The position numbers and the translations under genes were made by a program. A stretch of 64,000 nucleotides of DNA from Candidatus Bathyarchaeia archaeon (GTDB lineage Archaea > Thermoproteota > Bathyarchaeia > Bathyarchaeales > Bathycorpusculaceae). The stretch covers positions 1 through 64,000 of the forward strand of contig JBEKHN010000005.1 of NCBI GenBank assembly GCA_050012255.1. The letters run 5' to 3'. The notes under the pieces were generated by a model, which was not told the DNA's origin, ran no database searches, and was given only the letters and a program-made list of their open reading frames with translations. Positions within the stretch are counted from its first letter, which is position 1, and every line of letters begins with the position of its first letter. Below are positions 19,107 to 28,563 of this stretch, in pieces.

Positions 19107-19769
19107 TTGACCCCTATGGAGAGAGATACAGACCCATACTGTAACAAAATTTTCTCCTTACTCGTGGCAACCAGAAAGAAAATCAGGTTTAATGAATTGC
19201 ACAAGACACTTAACGCATTGGGAGCCGAGATGTCCAAACCAACTTTAATACAGCACTTACACCATCTCCAGAAAAAAAGCTTCATACTGCGAAAAAAAGA
19301 AGATAAACAAAACGTGACTTACCAAGTCAACTGGAAGAAATTCGAACAATTAGAGAAATCTTTGGAGTTCAAGGAATTAATCGCTCACAACTTAGAGAAC
19401 GAGAAGAGCTTCAAGTCAGAGAGCTTGGAATACCAGATGTATTTCGTAATTGGCATAATGAACATGGTAGATGTCATTGGTCTAAAACTTAATGTAGCCG
19501 CAATCGTTGAACCACAAGGCAAAGCCTATGCCTCACTCGGCTATCTTCTCATTCATAATCTATATGATTCCTACAGGCGATGGTTCCTAGAGAGCTGCAG
19601 ACAATCTAAAGAAAACACCCAGAAGGCATCCAAACTGCTGGACGAAACATTAGAACATTATCAAAAAATTCTTTTCGAACGTTCAGCAAAATTTTCACAA
19701 AACAATAACGCCCCGACAAACTCTAATGAGCGTGCGCGCCGAGAAACTCCCACTACAGATAGTCGCTAG
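19107..19769 (+). CDS. winged-helix (ArsR/HxlR-like) regulator with helical C-terminal domain
   Basis: IRFNELHKTL...MSKPTLIQHLHHL; a paralogous fragment lies at 53027-53411. Confidence 0.8.
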   Translation: MTPMERDTDPYCNKIFSLLVATRKKIRFNELHKTLNALGAEMSKPTLIQHLHHLQKKSFILRKKEDKQNVTYQVNWKKFEQLEKSLEFKELIAHNLENEKSFKSESLEYQMYFVIGIMNMVDVIGLKLNVAAIVEPQGKAYASLGYLLIHNLYDSYRRWFLESCRQSKENTQKASKLLDETLEHYQKILFERSAKFSQNNNAPTNSNERARRETPTTDSR

Positions 19770-19827
19770 CCGACCAATCAAGAAAGAAAAAGAGGACGCA
19801 ACGTCACCTTTCAGGGACGATTACGCT

Positions 19828-20598
19828 CTAGCGAGCATCCGCTCTCTCTCGAAAAACAAATACCAAAACTGCGAAAATGGGAAGCAAAACTACGCCGAAA
19901 TACACTGCATAAGTCAATAACCTCAAAGTGATAATTCCATCAATCACATTTTCGGGATATCCCCATACAGTAGATTGAAAGAGTCTTGAATACATAAGAA
20001 ATGAAATCACAACTGCAAAGTAGCAAATGACGACGACAGAGACCATCTTGAAAATCCTCCTTGCCTTTTCACTACGAAGATTCAATATGCCGCCACACAC
20101 GCTTAGGAATGTCATCGAACCTTCAACAGAAACCAAACCATCAACGATATCAGAAGAGACATAATGTGTGCTAAAGATCACTTTTCCACTACGTAAATCG
20201 CCGCTGTAAGCTTGAAATGCAACGTCGCTATACTCAGACAAATACTTGAAAGTGGTCTGCCCGTCTGTGTCGACTGACAAGTTGTAGGTCTGCATGAAAC
20301 CTCCGACATTGACAAATGCCAGAACAGTTGAATTATGCGATGGTTGAAAAGTGGCATTACCCGAGACGATGATAACTGCATATACCCTTATCGTCCAAGA
20401 TTCTCCAATTACAGGATATCCTTGGGGCGAAACCTCAATTTGAAGAGGATTTATCCATCTGAGAGTTTGAGAAAAAATTACATATGTGCCTCCCCTTACA
20501 GGTTTGCCTAGATAAGAAACAGCAATGTATCCCGCAAGAAATGCTATCATTGCTGTCACTATGACGAGAATCTTCTTTCGATTTACCGCTAATTTCAA
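19828..20598 (-). CDS. multi-pass membrane protein (cargo)
   Basis: 256-aa ORF; N-terminal TM, beta-rich domain, three C-terminal TMs; AGGTGA RBS. Confidence 0.7.
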   Translation of the reverse strand: MKLAVNRKKILVIVTAMIAFLAGYIAVSYLGKPVRGGTYVIFSQTLRWINPLQIEVSPQGYPVIGESWTIRVYAVIIVSGNATFQPSHNSTVLAFVNVGGFMQTYNLSVDTDGQTTFKYLSEYSDVAFQAYSGDLRSGKVIFSTHYVSSDIVDGLVSVEGSMTFLSVCGGILNLRSEKARRIFKMVSVVVICYFAVVISFLMYSRLFQSTVWGYPENVIDGIITLRLLTYAVYFGVVLLPIFAVLVFVFRERADAR

Positions 20599-20615
20599 GG
20601 CGTCACCTAATTCAC

Positions 20616-20858
20616 CTAAGTTTCGTCAAAACTTCTCAAATGGAAATATCTGCCTATCAGACAGGCTCCGACTATCCCAAACATTATCGAAAGCCAACTG
20701 AAACACATTAACGCCCAAAGGGAGTCCGAGGTAATAGTCACAGATGCTCCAAATGTCAGACCAGAAAAAAGCCATTCTCGTACAAGGCCAATGGAAAAAC
20801 CCAAGGAGACAGCAAGGCATGCGATTCCTATCAAGGACATGGTTAACTCTCGTTGCAA
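20616..20858 (-). CDS. small two-TM protein
   Basis: 80-aa hydrophobic ORF upstream of the 256-aa gene. Confidence 0.5.
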   Translation of the reverse strand: MQRELTMSLIGIACLAVSLGFSIGLVREWLFSGLTFGASVTITSDSLWALMCFSWLSIMFGIVGACLIGRYFHLRSFDET

Positions 20859-21224
20859 TAAGACACCCTGCCAAAACCTAGGCGCTTACAGCTTTTAAAA
20901 CATTACGAAAAATAGAATGAATTATCTTAAAAGAAGCTAGGTTCATAGAGGCGCAAGCCAAACTTGTGGAAGAACGTAATGAAGAACTTCTACGCAACAA
21001 TGGATAACACAGCGAATAGACTAAATAATGACGACGAACGATGTCCTCGGAGACATAAGCCTTCCCCTCATTTAAAAAAGAGGAAAAGTTAGAAAGCATC
21101 TCATACGGAAGCCAATCTTGCAACTATGCATGAGCTTCCTATTAGCATCTTGTTATGAAGGCATATTGTCTCCTCGTCCACAAACCGACGGAATCATGAA
21201 AATCAATGAATGAACATCGGAGAT

Positions 21225-21326
21225 ATGAAAATGAGAACCCTTAAAAGAACCCAAGAAGAAATACGACATGCCCAACTATGGGCCGAAATTGAACTCCCAA
21301 AACTTTTAGGAGAAAAGAAGCCATGA
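21225..21326 (+). CDS. 33-aa peptide translationally coupled to Int(N)
   Basis: MKMRTLKRTQEEIRHAQLWAEIELPKLLGEKKP*; GGAG upstream; ATGA overlap with the Int(N) start. Confidence 0.45.
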   Translation: MKMRTLKRTQEEIRHAQLWAEIELPKLLGEKKP

Positions 21327-21433
21327 GCACAGACAAAGCCACAACCGAAAGCAATCTGCAAACAATAACACCTAACAATAAGACAACATCCATAGAATTA
21401 CTAAGGTTGAACGTAGGCTGGTATACTAAACCA
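21323..21433 (+). CDS. integrase N-terminal fragment Int(N)
   Basis: AGGAG RBS; MSTDKATTESNLQTITPNNKTTSIELLRLNV-GWYTKP is in frame with GWYTKP of Int(C) across the att core. Confidence 0.78.
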
Positions 21434-21450
21434 AGCTATACGACGACCCC
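21415..21450 (-). repeat. attR: uninterrupted 5' half of tRNA-Pro
   Basis: GGGGTCGTCGTATAGCTTGGTTTAGTATACCAGCCT, identical to the tRNA 5' half without the 44-nt insert. Confidence 0.92.
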
Positions 21451-21494
21451 CCAGCGAGGTTTTAGGACCCCTTGGAGATGTGACCGCTAGAGCC

Positions 21495-21599
21495 TTATTT
21501 TCTTTTCCTGAAGAGCTTAGTGTCATCCATCTCTGTAACGTATTCGAATCCTCTTTCTATTAGTTGAGTTGCTTCTTTGAGGGCCTTTGCGGCTTTGCA
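21495..21599 (-). pseudogene. integrase C-terminal remnant of an earlier element
   Basis: CKAAKALKEATQLIERGFEYVTEMDDTKLFRKRK* aligns with Int(C) CKTAKTPEEIQKLIELGYTKADEIDGIHFYKKRK; begins beside GCGCGCGC at 21602. Confidence 0.8.
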
Positions 21600-21793
21600 G
21601 AGCGCGCGCAAATGCGTAATCAAGGAAAAAATGCAAGATCTTAAATGGATTTCATCTAATGCATTTCCACAAGCTTTCTGAAGTCTTTTGTCGGTTCATT
21701 TATTCCAATCATTCGAAGGGCAGCCCACATTGTTGCCTGAGCGCGCGCGTTGACACTGGCGCTCCTGTGGACCAAAATAGGAAAAAGAGTGAG

Positions 21794-24016
21794 TTATGGG
21801 TAGTGTTGGTTGAAGTGGCCTGACTGTATTATGGCGTCGTAGATGTCAACAGTGCCGTCACCGTTGATGTCGCCTAGAATGGTCACCTTAACGGTTCCGC
21901 CTATGAAGTTGTTGTCCGCTATGCTTATTTCGCCTAGAACAGGCCAAGCATAAGCGCTTAACGTGTAGTTGCCATATGCAAAGCCAGTAGTGTCCCATGT
22001 GAACGTAACCGTCGTAGAACTGCCAGCTGGTAAGGTGACGTTTTCTGATCCTATGATGGTTGCGTTGGCGTATGTTGTGACGTTGAAGGTTTCAGTGTAG
22101 CTGCCTTGATTTGCAACTGTGACGTTTATGGTGACGCTGTAGCCTTGATAAACCACAGTCTTAGAAGACGCAACATTAGTGACGGCTACATCATGAACGC
22201 CAAAAGCGTAAACCTTGCCGTCGAGCGAGCCTACGTAAACCACGCCGCCAGCAACAGCAGGAGAAGAAAACACCTCGTTGCCAGTTGCATAGCCCCATAC
22301 GAATGCGCCCGTCGTAGCGTTCAAAGCGTAAACATCGTTGTCGTATGAGCCCACGTAGACGACACCACCAGCAACAGCAGGAGAAGAAGACACCGCCCAG
22401 CCGGTTCCGCAGCTCCATACCTGCGCGCCCGTCGTAGCGTTCAAAGCATAAACCATGTGGTCATATGAGCCCACGTAGACGACACCACCAGCAACAGCAG
22501 GAGAAGAATTCACACTATTGCCTGTTGTGTAGCTCCATATGAATGCGCCCGTCGTAGCGTTCAAAGCGTAAACCATGTGGTCAGTTGAGCCCACGTAGAC
22601 GACACCACCAGCAACAGCAGGAGAAGAGGTCACAAGGTCGCCGGTTGTGCAGCTCCATATGAAAGCACCTGTAGAAGCGTTCAAAGCGTAAACCTTGCCG
22701 TCGACCGAGCCTACGTAAACCACGCCGCCAACAACAACCGGAGAAGAAAACACGAGCCCGCCGGTCGTATAGTTCCATACCTGCGCGCCCGTCATAGCGT
22801 CCAAACAGTAAATCTTGTAATCCCACGATCCCACGTACACCATGCCGTCAGCAACGGCAGGCGAAGAAGTTACTGCGCCACCTGTCGTGTAGTTCCACAC
22901 TTGCGAGCCCGTTGTTGCGTTCAAAGCGTAAACATTGCCGCCCCCAAACAGGGGCCCTGAGCCTACGTAGACGACACCACCAGCAACGGCAGGAGAAGAA
23001 AGCACACTATTGCCTGTTGTGTAGTTCCAGAGAAGTTGGTTTGTGGTTGGCGCCGTTGATGTGGAGTAGCCAGTGTGCGTCAAGTCGCGGTGAAACATCG
23101 GCCACCAGCCAACAGGGAGCTGACCGTTCACTATAACGGTCGCGGTGTTAGACGTTGCTTGCGCTCCTACGCTGTCGGAGACTTCCATATAAACGGTGTA
23201 AGCACCTGCTGACGTAGGCGTAAAGGTCCAGCTGCTAGAAGTGGCGTCTTGAACTGCAGAGCCATTCAAATACCATTGGTACGTGTAAGGCGACGTGCCA
23301 CGAGAGACGCTTGAAGTGAACCACTGAGACTGACCAACACCCAACGTTGCGGAACTAGGCCAAATAGAAGCAGAAAGCGCGGGCGCTAATATGTAGGTTC
23401 CGTCCACAGGTGGATTGCCAGTGTTCGAGGGAGTATCTATGAGTTTGTTACCGTCTATGTCACCTATCTTGACGGTGGTCAAGTGGAAGACGCAGGTCAG
23501 ATTGCCTTCAGCCATAGTCGGAACCTTCAAAACCTGGAATGTAAACGTGGCAGCAGCCAGTTTTCCCTCAGGCGGGTCAGTGGCCGTTGTTACGTTTAAC
23601 GGCGCGTAGCCATCGGCTTGTGCTGTGCCAGAGTCCGACCACGCCTGCGCGTAGTCTGCGTAGCCGGCAGTGTTGTTGTAGGCGAACGATAGATTCCAGA
23701 TGTTGCCCCAGTGTGCGCTTGGTGTTTTTGTTTGAAACAGGATTTCCGTCATGTTCGTGACGCTCAGAAGGGTCGGGTCCCACGTGAAGTGGAACCTGAC
23801 GCCTGCGACGTTTGTGATGTTTACTAGGCTGACGTTTACGTTGAACGTGCTGCCGACGACAAAGACTGGTGGTGGGAACGAGCTCAAGGCCGGGTCTACG
23901 ATGACGTAGGCGTTGGGCTCTGGGTTCACTGCGAACGTTGGAAGTACTGCTGCAAAGCCAAGAAGAGCTGTTACGATCATTAATGCAGAGAGCATTTTAG
24001 CAAAGTTATTCTTCAT
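21794..24016 (-). CDS. secreted surface protein: cohesin-like, PKD/Ig, PQQ-type beta-propeller, CARDB and dockerin-like domains
   Basis: Signal peptide MKNNFAK...; WPMFHRD; about 7 repeats of SSPAVAGGVVYVGS.D..VYALNATTG; HDVAVTNV; GDINGDGTVDIYD. Confidence 0.85.
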   Translation of the reverse strand: MKNNFAKMLSALMIVTALLGFAAVLPTFAVNPEPNAYVIVDPALSSFPPPVFVVGSTFNVNVSLVNITNVAGVRFHFTWDPTLLSVTNMTEILFQTKTPSAHWGNIWNLSFAYNNTAGYADYAQAWSDSGTAQADGYAPLNVTTATDPPEGKLAAATFTFQVLKVPTMAEGNLTCVFHLTTVKIGDIDGNKLIDTPSNTGNPPVDGTYILAPALSASIWPSSATLGVGQSQWFTSSVSRGTSPYTYQWYLNGSAVQDATSSSWTFTPTSAGAYTVYMEVSDSVGAQATSNTATVIVNGQLPVGWWPMFHRDLTHTGYSTSTAPTTNQLLWNYTTGNSVLSSPAVAGGVVYVGSGPLFGGGNVYALNATTGSQVWNYTTGGAVTSSPAVADGMVYVGSWDYKIYCLDAMTGAQVWNYTTGGLVFSSPVVVGGVVYVGSVDGKVYALNASTGAFIWSCTTGDLVTSSPAVAGGVVYVGSTDHMVYALNATTGAFIWSYTTGNSVNSSPAVAGGVVYVGSYDHMVYALNATTGAQVWSCGTGWAVSSSPAVAGGVVYVGSYDNDVYALNATTGAFVWGYATGNEVFSSPAVAGGVVYVGSLDGKVYAFGVHDVAVTNVASSKTVVYQGYSVTINVTVANQGSYTETFNVTTYANATIIGSENVTLPAGSSTTVTFTWDTTGFAYGNYTLSAYAWPVLGEISIADNNFIGGTVKVTILGDINGDGTVDIYDAIIQSGHFNQHYP
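22200..23030 (-). repeat. intragenic ~120-bp tandem repeats (propeller blades)
   Basis: Near-identical units visible with 120-bp periodicity. Confidence 0.85.
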
Positions 24017-24100
24017 TTTTGTTTCTCCCTTCTCCTTATTCTTCACGTATATGTTTCCACTGCACGGACTTGGAGATTCTGAAATTGTCGTAGCGCGCGC

Positions 24101-24161
24101 GAAACACCGAAACCGAGAACAACACAACCAAGACGAAACTAACAACTGCTTTTCTCTTCAT
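24101..24161 (-). pseudogene. orphan signal-peptide fragment
   Basis: GGGGAGAGG RBS, then MKRKAVVSFVLVVLFSVSVF running into CGCGCGCGCTA. Confidence 0.55.
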
Positions 24162-24300
24162 TTCCTAAACCTCTCCCCGTTTTCCCTGGAACAAGTCTGC
24201 TCGACCAATGATTGTTAGCCCATTAGTGCTATTTAAACTCTGTGAAACAATGTTTCGACCCTTACGAGCGCGCGCTGAAAATGAAGCGTCTGATACAGGT

Positions 24301-24549
24301 TCAGTTCTGATAAGCTTCCTTTCCATTCTCCATCCTCGAAGGCGCCTCAGGTTCACCCCAAACATCAAACCCGAAACCAGTCAAGGCCCAGTGCTATCCT
24401 TGCTTTTCAGCGACATGCTCGCCAACCTCCTTTTCCAAATGCTTATTCATCCGCAGGATCCTGCGGCTAACCTGATGCCGCCTAACCTGAAACTGGCTTA
24501 GGCGAGCTGCAAGATCTTTCGGCAACAAACCCGCATTGCCAGCTTCAAA
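24301..24549 (-). pseudogene. 5'-truncated wHTH-like gene with internal stop
   Basis: FEAGNAGLLPKDLAARLSQFQVRRHQVSRRILRMNKHLEKEVGEHVAEKQG*HWALT...; begins right at TAGCGCGCGC. Confidence 0.55.
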
Positions 24550-24654
24550 CGCGCGCGCTAAAAAACACCTTAGCCCAGTGTTTCTTGGTTCCAGTCAAAA
24601 AAGGGGAAAGAGGCCGCGAAGAAGCGTTCAAGTGGAGATATCGCCAGCGAAGTC

Positions 24655-24747
24655 CTAAACCAAGCTATACGACGACCCCACAGGGGCAGGTTAGTATTCC
24701 TTGAGGATGTAGCCCTTAAGGCTTTATTCTCTTTTCCTGAATAGCAT
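24655..24747 (-). repeat. third tRNA-Pro 5' fragment plus integrase-tail remnant
   Basis: CTAAACCAAGCTATACGACGACCCC (24655-24679), 44-bp spacer, then MLFRKRE* (24724-24747); similar to 21426-21520. Confidence 0.8.
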
Positions 24748-24803
24748 TTCTACGGATAGAAAATCAGATGGATGATGAAATCATCGTTTGTCGGCGTGGG
24801 CGA

Positions 24804-25115
24804 TTAGCTTAGGGTTTTCTTTTCAAGATATACGGGTGCTTTCTGGCTGATCAAGCGTTTCTGTATAAATTCATAGCCGCATTCACATTTGAACCCGACA
24901 GTCTCATTCTTTATCGTCAGTAGACTATTGATGCGTGATGCTTTGCATCCTGTCTCCAGTTTGTGCATCCTCCACGTCAAAGCAAGATCGTCCAGATTCA
25001 TAGGGTGAAGCGTTTCCGCTTTGAACAGGAACCAAAAGACATATGACATCAAGCTGACCCAGAAAATCAACGCTAGCCATTCTAGCACTTTTTCACAACC
25101 ATGCTTACCACGCAT
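24804..25115 (-). CDS. hypothetical membrane-anchored protein with CxC motif
   Basis: One TM segment; GFKCECGYEF. Confidence 0.6.
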   Translation of the reverse strand: MRGKHGCEKVLEWLALIFWVSLMSYVFWFLFKAETLHPMNLDDLALTWRMHKLETGCKASRINSLLTIKNETVGFKCECGYEFIQKRLISQKAPVYLEKKTLS

Positions 25116-25335
25116 ACTCTATATGTTTCACCAGTACGCGTCTAATGTTTAGGACAAGCCCTAGATTAAACAATTGTGAACCAAGCATCATTACTTCAAA
25201 TCCAAGATTGCAGCATGATCAAGCCCCTACTTGCCTCTGTTTTGTGGCCTGGTTCTGATCGCTCAGCCTTTGGGGAGGCCAATGGGCAACAAATGGAGAT
25301 ATCTCCTGCATGATCCCGTCTTTTGGCAACTGGAA

Positions 25336-26430
25336 TTATTCTGTCCAGTAAACCCTTCCATCCGGTCCATTGGATTCTTTTAAGACCTCCTTTTTCACTC
25401 TGCGAGCGAGAAAATTCACAATCTTGCGCTCTTTGCCTGTGGTCAAGAGACCTCTGGCCTCCAAGGCTTTGACTACATCACCCACTGTTCTTTTGCTGGG
25501 TTGCTTGAAAAATCCTTCTTGAAGAAGACCTCCAAACGCACGATGGGCCTGACCACCCCACGTTTGAGCACCCTTGCGCTGTGCACGTCGTGTCTTCTGT
25601 GTTGTTCCGAGGGACATGAATTTTTTCTTAAGAAGTTCAAAGGAAGACCCCGCGACCTGGATATTCTCCATGACTCCTTCTCCGAGGCCCCTCTTCACAA
25701 ATTCTTGTATCACAGGCATCTTTTGAGGGTTAAGACCAGCAAGGGTCGCTCCAACTGTCTCTACAGCAACCGCATCTCTTCCCACTAGCACGGTGTTCAC
25801 TCGCACTGGAGCGCTGCCTGCACCGCGCCAAAGATATGTTCCGTCTAGTACGGCAAGGTCTATGCCACCGATAGCTTCGTACACGTCCGCGAGGAGTGTG
25901 GGAAGAACTTTGTGGTATTTTACTCTCTTCGAGTCTGGGATGCACCCGAAAAGGTTCTTGAGGATGCTTCCACTTTCAAAGGAGCGCAGTATGTGTGTGT
26001 CAATCAAGACGTTGGGTTTGAACAGTATGTGCGACAAGTTCATTTCTTGGTCAGCAAGCTTCACTTTTTTGGTGTCTGAGTCATCTGAGAGGTTGAAGGG
26101 AACGACTCGCTCTGTGAAAAGTCTCCTCCATATTTGAAGCCTCTCCGAACCGGTGCCTTTGTAATTGTCAGATTCAGCCAAAAAAATCTTTGGCGTTCTG
26201 TCGAAACAATGGATGATTGCCTCAACCAAGCTTACTGATGCGTGGTTCTCTGCCTTATGACTAAATACGCCGACCTTAATAACAACAGGTCTCACAACAG
26301 TGTTCAGGTCATCTATTCCACCGATTAGGTCGAGAAGTCGCTTCAACTGTGCCTCCTCGTCACCATTAAATTCGACAACAGCCACTTTCGAAGTCAAAGC
26401 CAAACCTCGCTTGAGTCTAGAATGGAACAA
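25336..26430 (-). CDS. DUF362-domain protein
   Basis: LDLIGGI, LKNLFGCIP, LAVLDG, GRDAVAVE. Confidence 0.8.
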   Translation of the reverse strand: MFHSRLKRGLALTSKVAVVEFNGDEEAQLKRLLDLIGGIDDLNTVVRPVVIKVGVFSHKAENHASVSLVEAIIHCFDRTPKIFLAESDNYKGTGSERLQIWRRLFTERVVPFNLSDDSDTKKVKLADQEMNLSHILFKPNVLIDTHILRSFESGSILKNLFGCIPDSKRVKYHKVLPTLLADVYEAIGGIDLAVLDGTYLWRGAGSAPVRVNTVLVGRDAVAVETVGATLAGLNPQKMPVIQEFVKRGLGEGVMENIQVAGSSFELLKKKFMSLGTTQKTRRAQRKGAQTWGGQAHRAFGGLLQEGFFKQPSKRTVGDVVKALEARGLLTTGKERKIVNFLARRVKKEVLKESNGPDGRVYWTE

Positions 26431-26597
26431 TCTGGATATCCCTTGACAAACAAAAACCTTTCTACTACGGCAAATTGCGTTGCCAGCAACGTTAACTCTT
26501 CATGCACCACGGCGCTGACTGCAAGATTCAAACTTGAAAAATGGATACATCTCCCGAAATCCGCGACGACTCAAATCAGAGTGTGAGTTCCCATTTG

Positions 26598-27173
26598 TCA
26601 TCTTGTTTCGACTGCGCTTACGAAATTCCTGTAAATCTCCTCACCGTGCTCAGTGTTGTTCACTTCTGGATGGAACTGAACCCCATAGTAGGGCCTCTCC
26701 AAGTGTTTAGCTGCTTGGACGCTGCAATTCTCTGAAACCGCAAGAACCTTGAAGCCCGGTGCATCTTTCACCTCGTCGTTGTGCGACTCCCAAACAAGGA
26801 ACTCTTTCGGTAGTCCTTTGAACAGGTCATCCTCTTCGATGACTCTGATCTTGGCCAACCCGTATTCTGGAACCTTCGACGGCCCGGCCTTGCCTCCGCA
26901 GTGGATGGCCATCAGCTGAAGTCCAACGCATATGCCCATTATTGGACCGCGAAACTTGTTCAAATAGTCGGTGCAGTTGCCCAGTCTGGGAGATTCCCAG
27001 GCGACCCTGAGTGCGCCGCCGCTCAGAACCAGCGCATCGGCGTCTATCTCGCTCACGGGAGTCGTGTTTGGGATGATCTTGGTTTCGCATCCTATCTCTC
27101 GCAGAACCCTCCAGATCCTGTGAGTCCACTGTCCACCGTTGTCGATAACGTAGACTCTCGCGGGTTTACTCAT
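26598..27173 (-). CDS. guaAA: GMP synthase glutamine amidotransferase subunit A
   Basis: IDNGGQWTHRI, GICVGLQ, WESHNDEV, GVQFHPEV. Confidence 0.93.
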   Translation of the reverse strand: MSKPARVYVIDNGGQWTHRIWRVLREIGCETKIIPNTTPVSEIDADALVLSGGALRVAWESPRLGNCTDYLNKFRGPIMGICVGLQLMAIHCGGKAGPSKVPEYGLAKIRVIEEDDLFKGLPKEFLVWESHNDEVKDAPGFKVLAVSENCSVQAAKHLERPYYGVQFHPEVNNTEHGEEIYRNFVSAVETR

Positions 27174-28119
27174 ACTCAATAGTCCCCGGCGGCTTGTTCG
27201 TAACGTCAAAAACAACCCTGCCAACATCATCTTTTAAAGAGTTTGTTATTCTGACGGATATTCTCTCCAACACAGCGTGAGGAATCTTCGAGTAAGCAGC
27301 GCTCATCCCGTCTAGGCTTTCAACCGCACGGACTGAGACCATGCTTCTGTAGACCCTGACGTCACCGTGAACACCAACGGTCTTACAGGGCAACAGGACA
27401 GCAAAGTACTGCCAGGGCCTACTCATCTCTTTGTTTGCCGCGGCGTTCTCGATCTCCTCCTCAACTATAGCGCACGCTTCTCTCACGATTCTCGCACTGT
27501 TCGGATCAGCCTCGCCGAGAATCCTCACAGCCAACCCTGGACCAGGAAAAGGCTGTCTCTCATAAATATCCTTAGGCAACCCCAAGTTCTGTCCAACGAT
27601 TCTGACCTCATCCTTGTACAAGTCTCTAAGCGGCTCAACAATTTCAAACTCTATCCTCTCGGGCAGACCGCCGACGTTGTGGTGAGACTTGATCCTGTCC
27701 CTGAGTCCCCCTCCGCTCTCTATCCAGTCTGGCGCGATCGTGCCCTGAACAAAGAATCTTGCATTCTCTTTCTTCGCAACTTCCTCGAAGACCCTTATGA
27801 AAAGCTCACCTATGATCTTCCTCTTCTGCTCCGGGTCAACAACACCCTTCAACTTTTCATAAAATCGTTCCTTCACATCCACAACAAGTACGTTTAACCC
27901 CAGCTTCTCCAGCAATTTCTGATTGTTGGCTATCTCATTCTTCCTCATGTAGCCAGTGTCGACCAAAACACACCGCAGACTGTTCCCAATGGCCCTGTTA
28001 ACCAACACCGCGGCAACAGTAGAGTCAACGCCGCCAGAAACGCCGATAACAGCAACGCCCTTTATCCTGCGTCTTAGCTCCTCAACAGTGCCCTCTATGA
28101 ATTTCTTAGCATCAAACAT
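27166..28119 (-). CDS. guaAB: GMP synthase ATPPase subunit B
   Basis: SGGVDST, IKSHHNVGGLP, PFPGPGLAVR, KPPGTIEYE. Confidence 0.95.
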   Translation of the reverse strand: MFDAKKFIEGTVEELRRRIKGVAVIGVSGGVDSTVAAVLVNRAIGNSLRCVLVDTGYMRKNEIANNQKLLEKLGLNVLVVDVKERFYEKLKGVVDPEQKRKIIGELFIRVFEEVAKKENARFFVQGTIAPDWIESGGGLRDRIKSHHNVGGLPERIEFEIVEPLRDLYKDEVRIVGQNLGLPKDIYERQPFPGPGLAVRILGEADPNSARIVREACAIVEEEIENAAANKEMSRPWQYFAVLLPCKTVGVHGDVRVYRSMVSVRAVESLDGMSAAYSKIPHAVLERISVRITNSLKDDVGRVVFDVTNKPPGTIEYE

Positions 28120-28563
28120 CAGACCATCACAAGCTAGGATAAACAGGGGACTATAAAAATCTTGTAAAAGACACAAAACCGATAATGAGTAATAAACACG
28201 TAGCGTTAGGATTTAGAGTTCCGTAAACTCTCAGGGGCTCGACATAGAAGTATGGAATACTCACATGCAAATCAAGCAAAGCCTCCCCAGCCAACACTCA
28301 ACCTTTTTTTTCCCCGGCAGGCCTCTTAGCTCATAGAACCTATGACCAGATTGCATGTGATTAAATTTCAAGGCTCAATCTACTCATTCTATTCCCTCAG
28401 GCGATACAAATGTTGGACACACACATCTTTGGGAAAAAGCCTCTTCGGTTAACATGGACAAACCCCGACCCATACAAGACCACAAGAGTTAACAGAACCG
28501 CGTTTGGAAAACTATAAAACACAGGTCAGAAGTCTACCTAATCCCTAACTACTTGCCAACCAG

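Larger units (their letters stand above)
15027..21433. mobile_element. integrated rolling-circle-type element (predicted 6388-bp circle) in tRNA-Pro
   Basis: 19-bp direct repeat AGGCTGGTATACTAAACCA at 15027-15045 and 21415-21433; split tyrosine integrase; HUH Rep; wHTH regulator; A/C-rich plus strand. Confidence 0.9.

Noticed and set aside
15027-21433. Calling the element a provirus (pleolipovirus or fusellovirus)
   Set aside because: No recognisable capsid, large spike or packaging ATPase; left as an unclassified RCR element.
22200-23030. Tandem repeats as a possible CRISPR array or DGR template
   Set aside because: They are 120-bp in-frame propeller blades with no unique spacers, and no cas or reverse transcriptase gene is in the window.
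24017-24145. N-terminal extension of the 783-aa ORF
   Set aside because: It crosses a GCGC junction; the RBS and signal peptide point to a start at 24016.
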